From a bacterium (GTDB taxonomy: Bacteria; Patescibacteriota; Minisyncoccia; UBA6257; JAGOQP01), in the NCBI GenBank assembly GCA_021814445.1, contig JAKAIF010000001.1, positions 6,070 through 62,440 on the forward strand: a DNA stretch of 56,371 bases, written 5' to 3'. Below the pieces are notes generated by a model. The model did no database searches and was not told where the DNA came from. It worked only from the letters and a program-made list of their open reading frames with translations. Of the stretch, positions 1-8,781 are shown piece by piece (the first letter of the stretch is position 1; each line of letters starts with the position of its first letter). A program made the translations under genes and the position numbers.

Positions 1-1
1 G

Positions 2-232
2 ATTACTGTATATTCAACAACACACTGTCCGTATTGCAAATTAGCTAAGGACTACTTAGATCAAAAAGGCGCTTCATATAAAGAAGTGAACGTGCAAGAA
101 GATGATGAGGCGGCGGCAGAAATGATTCGTAAATCGGGCCAAATGGGGGTGCCAGTATTAGACATGGATGGAAAAATTATTGTGGGATTTGACCGTGGCG
201 CGATTGATGAGGCACTAGGGAAAAATATCTAA
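2..232 (+). CDS. glutaredoxin-like protein (NrdH/YruB type), 5'-truncated by window edge
   Basis: Frame is open from the window edge: ITVYSTTHCPYCKLAKDYL...GVPVLDMDGKIIVGFD. It has a CPYC redox motif and a thioredoxin-fold signature. TAA at 230-232. Not in the ORF track because it is partial. Confidence 0.75.
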   Translation: MTVYSTTHCPYCKLAKDYLDQKGASYKEVNVQEDDEAAAEMIRKSGQMGVPVLDMDGKIIVGFDRGAIDEALGKNI

Positions 233-316
233 TTTCCAATATCTAATATCCAATGATATAGTTATTGTGGATTCATTTTGGAAATTGGATATTAGAAATT
301 AATAATTGTATTTACT

Positions 317-784
317 ATGTTATCACTTGAAGAAATGATTGTGCGGTTTATCGTCGCACTTGCGATTGGATGCCTTATTGGTTTGGAGCGCGAATATATT
401 GGAAAGGAGGCGGGGATTCGTACTTCTATGCTTGTTTCGGGGGGAGCGGCTCTTTTTTCTTTAATTGCGCTTTCTCTGCCCTATGTGATTACACTTTCTC
501 CAGATGCGGTGCCTGATATTCTTGCACGCAACAGTGGATTTTTGAGTGTGATCGCAAATGTGGTGGTGGGCATCGGATTTCTAGGAGCGGGAATTATTAT
601 GAAACATGAAAATAGAGTGCATGGACTTACCACTGCGGCGGTGATTTGGGCAACAGCGGGAGTGGGCATTTTGATTGGTATTGGGTTGGTGTGGTTTGGG
701 GTTATTGCGGGAGCCCTCATTACCGCGCTCCTCTTCTTGTTAAAGGGATTTCGTGTTCAACCCGCCCCATCTGCGGAAAAATAA
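317..784 (+). CDS. MgtC/SapB family membrane protein
   Basis: 155 aa, multi-TM. N-terminal GLEREYIGKEAGIRTSMLV and later GLTTAAVIWATAGVG are typical of the MgtC family. Confidence 0.8.
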   Translation: MLSLEEMIVRFIVALAIGCLIGLEREYIGKEAGIRTSMLVSGGAALFSLIALSLPYVITLSPDAVPDILARNSGFLSVIANVVVGIGFLGAGIIMKHENRVHGLTTAAVIWATAGVGILIGIGLVWFGVIAGALITALLFLLKGFRVQPAPSAEK

Positions 785-805
785 ATAATTATTTACTATT
801 GTTCT

Positions 806-1717
806 ATGTATGATTTGATTATTGTGGGAGGGGGGCCTGCGGGCGTTGCCGCAGGAGTATACGCGGCGCGCAAGCGATTAAAAACTGCGCTTATTTCTCA
901 AGATATTGGGGGGCAGTCTATTAACTCTGGATCCATAGAAAATTTTATAGGAGTGGAAACCATGTCTGGTTTTGATTTTGCGCAACGATTAGAAAAACAA
1001 TTGCGCGCGCAATCAGATATTGAAATTATTCTTGGGCACACCGTTTCTGAAATTACTCCTCAGGAAGGAGGATATAGTATTCGCACGCATACCGGAAAAG
1101 TTTTTGAAACAAAAACAGTTTTGCTTGCTTTGGGAAGTTCGTATAAACGATTGGATATTCCTGGCGAGAAACAGTTTGAGGGGAAGGGAGTGTTTTATTG
1201 TTCTATTTGTGATGCGCCTCTTATGAAAGGAAAGGATGCGCTGGTGATCGGAGGGGGAAATAGTGGGCTTGAGGCGGTGCTGGATGTTATTCCGTATGCG
1301 CAACACGTCACACTTTTGAATAGATCTGAGGTATTACGAGGAGATCAGGTATATCAAGAAAAAATTGCGTCGTATCCACATGTTTCTATTCGTATGAATA
1401 CTGTGGTGACTGAATTTAGTGGTTCTACATTTTTGGAGCGCGCACATGTGCGCAACACTGTGACGGGACAGGAAGAAGATGTGGCTGTTTCTGGCGCATT
1501 TGTGGCGATTGGATATCAACCCAATACCACGCTGGTAAAAGATCTAGTGACTTTGAATGAACGGGGACAAATTGTGGTAGATCATAAGACTATGAAAACT
1601 TCTCGTGAGGGAATTTGGTCTGCGGGGGATTGTACAGATGGACTCTATCATCAAAACAACACTGCCGCAGGAGATGCGGTGAAGGCAGTGCTTAATATTC
1701 ATGAAAGTTTGAGGTAG
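806..1717 (+). CDS. trxB: thioredoxin-disulfide reductase family flavoprotein
   Basis: 303 aa. N-terminal FAD motif IVGGGPAGVAAGVYAAR, redox CSIC (CxxC) motif, second dinucleotide motif VIGGGNSGLEA, C-terminal GDC motif. Adjacent to the glutaredoxin-like gene. Confidence 0.7.
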   Translation: MYDLIIVGGGPAGVAAGVYAARKRLKTALISQDIGGQSINSGSIENFIGVETMSGFDFAQRLEKQLRAQSDIEIILGHTVSEITPQEGGYSIRTHTGKVFETKTVLLALGSSYKRLDIPGEKQFEGKGVFYCSICDAPLMKGKDALVIGGGNSGLEAVLDVIPYAQHVTLLNRSEVLRGDQVYQEKIASYPHVSIRMNTVVTEFSGSTFLERAHVRNTVTGQEEDVAVSGAFVAIGYQPNTTLVKDLVTLNERGQIVVDHKTMKTSREGIWSAGDCTDGLYHQNNTAAGDAVKAVLNIHESLR

Positions 1718-1749
1718 ATCTGTTTTTTTGAATTTGATTGAGTATTTTT

Positions 1750-1771
1750 AAACCCGCCTTTAGGCGGGTTT
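1750..1771 (+). terminator. stem-loop after the trxB-like gene
   Basis: aaacccgcc-ttta-ggcgggttt: GC-rich 9-bp stem flanked by A/T. Confidence 0.6.
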
Positions 1772-1829
1772 AAAGTGAATTTAAAATTAGCCTCGCATAT
1801 ACATATACTGATACTGAATACGCAAAATA

Positions 1830-1875
1830 CACAAAGCCAAAGTTTTTGACGATCGTCAAAAACTTTGGCTTTGTG
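1830..1875. repeat. perfect 46-nt palindrome, family 1 (core gccaaagtttttgacgatcgtcaaaaactttggc)
   Basis: cacaaagccaaagtttttgacgatcgtcaaaaactttggctttgtg is its own reverse complement. The same 34-nt core recurs at 14464..14497. Confidence 0.9.
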
Positions 1876-2024
1876 AAGAACTTTTATTTAATTTCTACTC
1901 TATACTTTTCTCCACTCTTTTTCTTGTTTTCTTATGTGGAATGATGGATGTGAGGTGTGGGTGCGGATTTAGATTTTGTGGGAGATACCGTTTCTATCTA
2001 TTTTTTGGTATACTGAATATATAT

Positions 2025-2378
2025 ATGGAGATGGTGCAACAAGTCGCTTTATATCTTGGAAAAACCTTTGTCTTTCGCATTGGCTTATTCTTTCGTCACT
2101 GGTATGTGGATGGATTTCTTGCTATCTACGGCACGTGGTTGCGATTTTTGCGTATGTGTGAGCGACGGCTGGCTATCCGTATTAATGTGCGATTTCTCTT
2201 TCAACCTTTATATCAAGAACGCAATATTGTGGGGTATGTGCTTGGGTTTTTATACCGTTTTATAAAAATATGCCTTGGGGGTATTTTGTATGTGATTACA
2301 GGTGTTTTTGCCTGTGGCGTTTATGTCGTATGGGCGGTTCTTCCAGTTCTCCTTTTGTATAGAGGAATTTTTGGATAA
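2025..2378 (+). CDS. hypothetical small membrane protein
   Basis: ORF-track frame 1941..2378. The ATG at 2025 follows an extended -10 (tggtatact, 2006-2014), so I trimmed to it. Hydrophobic C-terminus. Lies 8 nt upstream of the Clp-like gene. Confidence 0.45.
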   Translation: MEMVQQVALYLGKTFVFRIGLFFRHWYVDGFLAIYGTWLRFLRMCERRLAIRINVRFLFQPLYQERNIVGYVLGFLYRFIKICLGGILYVITGVFACGVYVVWAVLPVLLLYRGIFG

Positions 2379-2386
2379 TATCTTTT

Positions 2387-4951
2387 ATGAATATTTTTCA
2401 CCCAAAACAATTTTCATTTATTGATGCGTCTCAGTTTACGTTTCATCGTCGTCTCTTTTTGCTCTCGCCTCTCGCGCGTTCTTTCGTGCGTATCATTTCA
2501 AATATTTTTGTTATTGTGTGGGGTGGCGCAACGGTCGCGTTTTTGCTTTCCGATGTACCTCGTATTCAGTGGTTTGGGATGCTTCTGCTTTGTTTTTGTT
2601 TAGATTATCTTGTGCACATACGACGCGCACACTATACGCTTGATGAATTATACACAGGACGTGTGCCGCACCATAACGTGGCGCTCTGTATGAATCGTCG
2701 TACGTTGCGACTTGCGCTTGCGGCTCTTGAACGGACAGAAACGCGTGGAGGTGATCTCTGGTGTTGGCTTGCACATCAATTAACGACAACCCACCATCCG
2801 ATCCGAGTTATTATTGAACGACTGGATATTTCTTTTGATGAATTTGCGCATGAGCTTTCCAGTGAGTATGAAAAAACAAAAACAGACCAACCCATCAATC
2901 TTCCCACCCCTTCTCTCTCTCAAGAAGCATATCGTGCACAACTTGCCGAACGTATTGGGATGGTGTGTATGCAAGCGGCACAACTCGCGCGCGCTTTGAG
3001 TAAACCCATTATAGATGAGGAGGCTTTATTTGCCGCTCTTATGAATATGTCTCACCCCCGTATTACGAAGGTGCTTGATTTGTTCAGTATCACAGGGCCA
3101 GAGATTGCCGAAGCGGTTGCGTTTGGAGATTTTATTTCTCGCTCATCGGTTCCAGCTTCTTTGGGAGGATTTGCTCAGGCTCAATCGCGCACAAAATCTC
3201 ATAGGGTCAATCGTACGCTTACCTCGCGCCCGACGCCGACATTAGATGATTTTTCTGAAGACATTACTGAGCTTGTGCGCAGTGGCTTGGGAGGATTTCT
3301 TATTGGACATGATGATGAATATCATCGCATGATTGATATGCTCTCTGGATCTGCAAACCGCAACGTTCTCTTGGTTGGGGAACAGGGCGTGGGGAAGGAA
3401 ACATTGGTACATCATCTTGCGTTTGAAATTATTTCCGATACGGTCCCCGGATCTCTTTTTGATAGGCGTGTTGTTTCTCTCTCATTGAGTCAATTGATTG
3501 CGGGAGCTTCCGCGGAAGATATCTCGGGGCGCTTGGCTCGCGTTGCAGATGAAATTTTGCGGGCAGGAAATATTATCCTCTATATTTCCGATGTGCATGT
3601 GCTTGCACAACCACAGGCGGGAGGTGTGCTCTTAGCTGATATTCTTATGCCTATTTTACGCAACAATATCTTTCCGGTTATTGGATCTACTTATCCTCGC
3701 GAAGAGAAAGAATATATAGAGCCCAACACTGCTATTGCGGGACTGTTTCAAACGATTCGTGTGAATGAATTATCGGTTTCTGATACGGTACGTTTGTTGA
3801 GTTACACGACACTTCTTTTAGAAAAGAAGCATAGAGTTACTATATATTTTTCTGCAATTCGTCAGTCTGCAATATTGGCGGCAAAATATTTGCATGCAAA
3901 ACCTCTTCCTTCAAGTGCGCAAGAATTATTAGCTGAAGTTGTCTCCGGAGTATTACAACGAGGGGAGAAAGTTATCAAAGGCGCCGATGTTATTGCAACG
4001 GTGGAGCGACGGGTGCAAATACCTATTCATGCGGTTTCTGGATTAGAAGCAGAAAAGTTATTGCATTTGGAAGATGAAATTCATAAACAATTTATAGATC
4101 AAGAAGAGGCGGTAAAAGTGGTGTCTCAAGCATTACGCGCGTATCGGAGCGGACTTGCGCGAAAAGGAGGACCCATTGCCTCGTTTTTATTTGTGGGTCC
4201 CACAGGAGTAGGAAAAACGGAACTTTCTAAATTGCTTGCAAAAATTAATTTTGGTTCTGATTCATTAATGACTCGGTTTGATATGTCTGAATATCAACAG
4301 AAAGAATCTATTACGCGATTTATTGGTTCTTCTGATGGAAGTGTTTCTGGATCACTTACTGAAGCAGTGCTCACACATCCTTATAGTCTTATTTTGCTTG
4401 ATGAATTAGAAAAAGCGCATCCTGATATTTTGAATCTGTTCTTGCAGGTATTAGACGATGGACGTTTAACGGATTCATTGGGACGCACCGTGGATTTTCA
4501 AAACACTATTATTATTGCAACTTCAAATGCACACTCAGTCTTTATTCAAGAGCGAGTCCAAGCAGGGGAAACTGCGACACAATTTGGAGATGTATTAAAA
4601 AAGAAATTAACTGAATTATTTAAACCAGAATTTTTGAATCGTTTTTCTGATATTGTGGTGTTTCGTCCTCTTGCGCCAGAACATATTGAACAAATTGCTC
4701 GGCTCAATCTTGCCTCGTTACAGAAATTATTACAGGAAACCAATGGCATTCAAATGACCATAACTGATGCGGCGGTGCATCGGGTTGCTGAGCTTGGATA
4801 TGATCCTGCATTTGGTGCGCGCCCCCTACGAAAAGTTATTGATCAATCCCTCAAAGCAATATTTGCTCAAAAAATTCTTTCAAATGAAATACGCCGGGGC
4901 GCGGCTATTCGGGTGGATATTGATGCGCAGGGTGGTTTTATATTTGAATAG
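2387..4951 (+). CDS. Clp/Hsp100-family AAA+ ATPase with N-terminal transmembrane segment
   Basis: 854 aa. The second module has canonical FVGPTGVGKTELSKLLA and LILLDELEKAHPDILNLFLQVLDDGRLTD. The first module has GEQGVGKET and ILYISDVH in place of GxxGVGKT and DE. The N-terminus carries two hydrophobic helices. Confidence 0.8.
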   Translation: MNIFHPKQFSFIDASQFTFHRRLFLLSPLARSFVRIISNIFVIVWGGATVAFLLSDVPRIQWFGMLLLCFCLDYLVHIRRAHYTLDELYTGRVPHHNVALCMNRRTLRLALAALERTETRGGDLWCWLAHQLTTTHHPIRVIIERLDISFDEFAHELSSEYEKTKTDQPINLPTPSLSQEAYRAQLAERIGMVCMQAAQLARALSKPIIDEEALFAALMNMSHPRITKVLDLFSITGPEIAEAVAFGDFISRSSVPASLGGFAQAQSRTKSHRVNRTLTSRPTPTLDDFSEDITELVRSGLGGFLIGHDDEYHRMIDMLSGSANRNVLLVGEQGVGKETLVHHLAFEIISDTVPGSLFDRRVVSLSLSQLIAGASAEDISGRLARVADEILRAGNIILYISDVHVLAQPQAGGVLLADILMPILRNNIFPVIGSTYPREEKEYIEPNTAIAGLFQTIRVNELSVSDTVRLLSYTTLLLEKKHRVTIYFSAIRQSAILAAKYLHAKPLPSSAQELLAEVVSGVLQRGEKVIKGADVIATVERRVQIPIHAVSGLEAEKLLHLEDEIHKQFIDQEEAVKVVSQALRAYRSGLARKGGPIASFLFVGPTGVGKTELSKLLAKINFGSDSLMTRFDMSEYQQKESITRFIGSSDGSVSGSLTEAVLTHPYSLILLDELEKAHPDILNLFLQVLDDGRLTDSLGRTVDFQNTIIIATSNAHSVFIQERVQAGETATQFGDVLKKKLTELFKPEFLNRFSDIVVFRPLAPEHIEQIARLNLASLQKLLQETNGIQMTITDAAVHRVAELGYDPAFGARPLRKVIDQSLKAIFAQKILSNEIRRGAAIRVDIDAQGGFIFE

Positions 4952-5050
4952 TGATGCTTGTATGGTGAAAAGAAGAGAGATGCTCTGTATGTATGAGCAT
5001 CTTTTTTATATTTGAGCAGAACCATTTTTTATGGTACCCTCGTACTATAT

Positions 5051-5641
5051 ATGATGGTTCCGAATCACAAAGGTATCAAAGAAAAAACTCCTGTATCCCA
5101 CACCACGTCTCCTCGCGTTCAACGACGGGAGATTTCTTCTGGGGTTATTATTTATCGCCGTGTGAATAACGAGGCGCGATTTTTAGTGTTGTATCACGGA
5201 CGAAATCAGTGGGAAATTCCTCGGGGAAAAATAGAGGCAGAGGAGCGTAGTTTCATGGCGGCATTGCGAGAAACACGCGAAGAAACTGGTTTTACACGCG
5301 CTGATCTGCAATTTGTTGACTATTTTAAGGCGTATGAAAACTGGACGTTTATTAAGAATGGACAAAAAGTTTTCAAGACTATTATTTATTATCTTGCTGA
5401 AACAAAAAAGAAACATCCTCGTATTGAGCCAAGCTTTGAGGGATATGGCTGGTTTACCTATCGGGAAGCACTGCAGATATTTTTGGGTCCCAAAAACAAT
5501 GAAAATAGAAAAGTATTAAAACAAGCGCATGATTTTTTGGGAGCGAAAAATAAAGTCTCTCCGCGTATGCATCCAGCGCCAGCTCCTGCTCATGTTTCTC
5601 GTGCCACACATACTCCTCAAAAACATACCGAGGGGGTATAG
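5051..5641 (+). CDS. Nudix hydrolase
   Basis: Nudix box GKIEAEERSFMAALRETREETGF (Gx5Ex7REUxEExGU). The track ORF begins at TTG 5012; the in-frame ATG at 5051 is preferred. Confidence 0.8.
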   Translation: MMVPNHKGIKEKTPVSHTTSPRVQRREISSGVIIYRRVNNEARFLVLYHGRNQWEIPRGKIEAEERSFMAALRETREETGFTRADLQFVDYFKAYENWTFIKNGQKVFKTIIYYLAETKKKHPRIEPSFEGYGWFTYREALQIFLGPKNNENRKVLKQAHDFLGAKNKVSPRMHPAPAPAHVSRATHTPQKHTEGV

Positions 5642-5665
5642 GGAAAATTTCTCATTTATTATATT

Positions 5666-5692
5666 AAAAATCCCGCGATAGGCGGGATTTTA
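5666..5692. terminator. bidirectional stem-loop between the Nudix gene and rplT
   Basis: aaaaatcccgc-gata-ggcgggatttt, with A-run and T-run flanks, between convergent genes. Confidence 0.7.
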
Positions 5693-5708
5693 TTTTGATG
5701 TAAAAAAT

Positions 5709-6062
5709 TTATTTTGCTTGCATGGCTTTGTTATACACCATCTTGAACGCTTCGGGATGTTTTTGCGCAAGTTCAGCAAGAATCTTTCTATCAATAACAA
5801 TCTTTTGAGCTTTTAATGCGGCGATGAATTTGCTGTAGGTGCTTCCTTCTGCGCGTACTGCGGCATTAATACGTACTTGCCACAGGGTGCGATAGTTTCG
5901 CTTCTTCTCTTTGCGTCCACGCAACATGCGTGATTGCGCATGTAAGAGAGCTTCCTTTGCTGCTTTCTCTTTTGATTTGCGACCCCATTTATATCCTTTT
6001 GTTTTTTTGAGAACCGCCTCGCGCTTTTTATGAGCAATGGTTCCTCGTTTTACTCTGGTCAT
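5709..6062 (-). CDS. rplT: 50S ribosomal protein L20
   Basis: MTRVKRGTIAHKKRE...YRTLWQVRINAAVR is the classic bL20 sequence. Last gene of the infC-rpmI-rplT order. Confidence 0.95.
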   Translation of the reverse strand: MTRVKRGTIAHKKREAVLKKTKGYKWGRKSKEKAAKEALLHAQSRMLRGRKEKKRNYRTLWQVRINAAVRAEGSTYSKFIAALKAQKIVIDRKILAELAQKHPEAFKMVYNKAMQAK

Positions 6063-6100
6063 AGTGAATTAATTAGTGGTTAGTAACTAGTAATGAGTGT

Positions 6101-6283
6101 TTAGAGCGTTCCCGGTTTTGATTTTATGCGTCTGGTGATGTTTTTATCCGCTATAAAATTACCATCTTTACGACGTTGCTGGAGAGATGTCTTTTTTGCG
6201 CGGAAATGGCACTGTGCCATTTTGCGACGAAGCCCCTTTCCTGTTTTGGTGATTTTAAATCGTGTGGTGATTGATTTTTTCAT
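6101..6283 (-). CDS. rpmI: 50S ribosomal protein L35
   Basis: 60 aa, MKKSITTRFKITKTGKGLRRKMAQCHF, basic. Lies between infC and rplT. Confidence 0.9.
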   Translation of the reverse strand: MKKSITTRFKITKTGKGLRRKMAQCHFRAKKTSLQQRRKDGNFIADKNITRRIKSKPGTL

Positions 6284-6295
6284 TTTTCTAAATAG

Positions 6296-6805
6296 TTATT
6301 TATTCTTGATAACTTGCATCACGATGCCCCGGCCTCCTTTTTTGGGAGCAACACTTACTTTGTGTTCTGGGGTGATCATACTGACAAATAATCGTAATCG
6401 TTCAAATGCCCATGCCTCATTTGCTTTCTCACGTCCGCGGAGTGCGAGCATAATTTCAACTTTGTGGCCTTTTTCAAGGAATTCATCAACTTTTTTTGCC
6501 TTGATGCGCAAATCGTTTTCTGCGGCGCGATTGGTGATGCGGACTTGTTTCAAATCAGTTTGTTTCTGACTTGCATACTGCTTCTTATATTCCTTCTCTT
6601 GTTGATAACGGAATTTGTCATAGCTGATGAGTTTGGCGATGGGGGGATTGGTGGTCGCGGTGACCTCAATGAGATCTAATCCCTTTTCGCGCGCGAGTGC
6701 AAGCGCTTCCTCACGTGAAATCACGCCAATGTTTTGTCCTTGATCATCTATGACGCGCAGTTGGGTTGCCCGTATCTGCTCGTTGATGTTTACTCGTTTT
6801 ATAAT
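6296..6805 (-). CDS. infC: translation initiation factor IF-3 (probable non-AUG start)
   Basis: The track ORF starts at GTG 6724. The frame stays open upstream and encodes IIKRVNINEQIRATQLRVIDDQGQNIGV, the conserved IF-3 N-domain. There is no ATG or GTG in that extension, only ATA (6808, 6802) and ATT (6805). Confidence 0.85.
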   Translation of the reverse strand: MIKRVNINEQIRATQLRVIDDQGQNIGVISREEALALAREKGLDLIEVTATTNPPIAKLISYDKFRYQQEKEYKKQYASQKQTDLKQVRITNRAAENDLRIKAKKVDEFLEKGHKVEIMLALRGREKANEAWAFERLRLFVSMITPEHKVSVAPKKGGRGIVMQVIKNK

Positions 6806-6923
6806 TATATGTTTTGAACGTTACTTACCACAAAACAATAGCATTTTATGCGGATAAGTGTCAAATATAAAAAACCCACCCTGGAGAGGGCGGGATGGTT
6901 TAGAAAATTGTGGAACACGTTGT

Positions 6924-7388
6924 TCACGCGGCTATCTTTTGAGCTCCTCTTACAAATTCCAAGAGGCGAGCGAGCTCTTCTTGACTCAAGAAATGCTTAG
7001 AGTTTGATTTATTCACTAAATCACCCTCTAATCTCTTTGAAAATTCCAGTAGTTTTTTTGCGAGTGCTAATTTTATCGCGTCTTCTTCTGCAACGAAGAA
7101 GTTCTTGAACGTTTTTAACGCCCTTTCAAAAGAATCTTGTTGAAACATGATCTTTTCAAAATGCTTCAATTCAAGACTCAGCGCGATAGCGGCACTCTTA
7201 AAGAACGTGACCGCATGGCGAATATATTCTATATCCAATGCGATCATCCCCGGATCTAGCTCATACGCAATAACCTCACCGGAGAGGGATATGTTGAGAT
7301 ATTTCTCCAGTGTCTCCAGCATAGTGAGAAAACTAATGCCTTTCTTATCAAAATACTCTAGAGATGTTTCTCTTTCTACAAGTGCCAT
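6924..7388 (-). CDS. hypothetical protein (helical, Glu/Lys-rich)
   Basis: 154-aa ORF. A minus-strand stem-loop plus T-run lies downstream at about 6869-6900. No recognisable motif. Confidence 0.5.
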   Translation of the reverse strand: MALVERETSLEYFDKKGISFLTMLETLEKYLNISLSGEVIAYELDPGMIALDIEYIRHAVTFFKSAAIALSLELKHFEKIMFQQDSFERALKTFKNFFVAEEDAIKLALAKKLLEFSKRLEGDLVNKSNSKHFLSQEELARLLEFVRGAQKIAA

Positions 7389-7541
7389 AAAATGGTTTCC
7401 TTTCGTTTTTTTAAATTAGTTTAAATTTTCTAGTTATACAATAGCACATTTATATTGATATAGCAATACTTATGCTCTTGCGTTGTTTCTTCTCGTTCTA
7501 TTTTTCTTGTGGTGCGCTAAAAAATACGGTACTGTTATTGT

Positions 7542-7985
7542 ATGGAATCAATCCAAAACAGAAAGGCGCGCATGGAGTATGAAATCCTTGAAACGTATCA
7601 GGCGGGTTTAGTGTTGTCTGGGGGAGAGGTAAAAGCAATACGTGCGGGGAAGGCGTCGCTCCTTGGTTCCTATGTGAAGGTGTATGGGGGAGAGGCGTGG
7701 TTGGTGAATGCGCATATTGCGCCGTATCAGGAGAAAAATATGCATACTGAATATGATCCCTTGCGCGCGCGGAAACTGCTTCTTCAAAAAAAGGAGATAG
7801 GGGAATTGTTTGAAAAAACGAGAGAAAAAGGGTTTTCTCTGATACCCTTGCAAATACGTGAAAAAAGTGGTAGAATAAAAATTGAAGTAGCGTTGGCGCG
7901 TGGAAAGAAACAACGCGATAAACGCGAAACCATAAAAAAACGAGAAACAAAACGTGACATAGATCGTTTTACTAAGGGCAGATAA
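7542..7985 (+). CDS. smpB: SsrA-binding protein SmpB
   Basis: NRKARMEYEILETYQAGLVLSGGEVKAIR...DPLRARKLLLQKKEI. Immediately followed by tmRNA. Confidence 0.95.
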   Translation: MESIQNRKARMEYEILETYQAGLVLSGGEVKAIRAGKASLLGSYVKVYGGEAWLVNAHIAPYQEKNMHTEYDPLRARKLLLQKKEIGELFEKTREKGFSLIPLQIREKSGRIKIEVALARGKKQRDKRETIKKRETKRDIDRFTKGR

Positions 7986-8012
7986 ACGCTGTGGACATTG
8001 AGAATTATATAT

Positions 8013-8365
8013 GGGGGCGTACGCTTTGACAGGGGTGCGTTTTAGAAACTTGCATGCCAAGCTGATTGTCTTGTAAACCAATCAAACCAATAATTGCCAA
8101 ACCTATGGCTCTCGCGTTTGCCTAAGAACAAACACGGGTTACCTTTCCTTTTGTGAAAGGCATCGGCTCCTGACTTCTTATAGGGATTCCGCCGGTGTTA
8201 TATATAAGAATCGCCATGATTGATTGGTTTGTAGATCATGGCTAAATATTCAAACCAAACTATTGTTGCCTGTACTCCGTAGCTTTATGCGAAGGGGTAT
8301 CCAACTAAGCGTGTAGACGGTTTTTGAAACTATTCTTGGACGGGAGTTCAATCTCCCCGCCTCCA
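8013..8365 (+). ncRNA. ssrA: tmRNA (SsrA)
   Basis: The 5' end GGGGGCG pairs with the 3' CGCCUCC, including a G3:U wobble, and is followed by discriminator A. There is a T-arm-like gggag-ttcaat-ctccc. A candidate tag frame gcc aaa cct atg gct ctc gcg ttt gcc taa (8096-8125) reads AKPMALAFA. The length of about 353 nt and the position 27 nt after smpB both fit. CCA is not encoded. Confidence 0.85.
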
Positions 8366-8405
8366 CAAATATAAACCCCCGAAAGGGGGATTTATATTTG
8401 TGGAG
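8361..8405 (+). terminator. long stem-loop overlapping the tmRNA 3' end
   Basis: ctccacaaatataaaccccc-gaaa-gggggatttatatttgtggag: 20-bp stem with one bulged A. Confidence 0.6.
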
Positions 8406-8537
8406 AGGCGAGCACAACAACTGCTTGTTGTGCGTGGGAGGATTGAAGACCGCAGCGTTGTGCGACGAGCGAGGTGGCGAGGAGCACCGCGAGGGGCGGG
8501 CTGCGAGAAATTTTTCGGAAGAAAAATTTACTTGTAG

Positions 8538-8690
8538 CCAATCTCCCCGCCTTTATTATGGAATGAAGCGACAATGTGAAATCTCCCCGTATTTTGTGAC
8601 GGTGTGACGAGAGGCGAGACCAATCTCCCCGCCTAGTCTTTAAAGAACACGAAGTGCGATGTGAAATCTCCCCGTATTTTAATATATTGA
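8538..8690 (+). repeat. two tandem units of about 82 bp, each starting with a copy of the tmRNA 3' segment
   Basis: caatctccccgcct occurs at 8349-8362 (inside ssrA), 8539-8552 and 8621-8634. atgtgaaatctccccgtatttt occurs at 8574-8595 and 8659-8680. Confidence 0.75.
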
Positions 8691-8781
8691 CGTTGGTTTA
8701 TTTTAGTGTTATTGTTATTTTAGTAAATCAAAGCTAAACAAATTTCTTTTCATAACCATAACTAATAAGAAAGGTGACCAC

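Noticed and set aside
228-240. 13-nt identity (tctaatttccaat) between the grx 3' spacer and the mnmA heptamer tract (24258-24270) as evidence for a shared mobile repeat
   Set aside because: In 56 kb of AT-rich DNA, 13-nt matches are expected by chance many times over. That is not enough to link the two loci.
8392-8607. Overlapping 60-aa (minus) and 69-aa (plus) ORFs in the GC-rich stretch after ssrA
   Set aside because: They have no SD or plausible promoter and overlap each other on opposite strands. The region consists of hairpins and tmRNA-derived repeats. The composition looks like structured RNA or repeat DNA, not coding.
8538-8690. Possible small CRISPR array (repeated about 20-nt motifs with spacers)
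   Set aside because: There are only two units. The 'repeats' are copies of the tmRNA 3' end and a second motif inside a tandem duplication of about 82 bp. The spacers are themselves similar to each other, and no cas genes are present.
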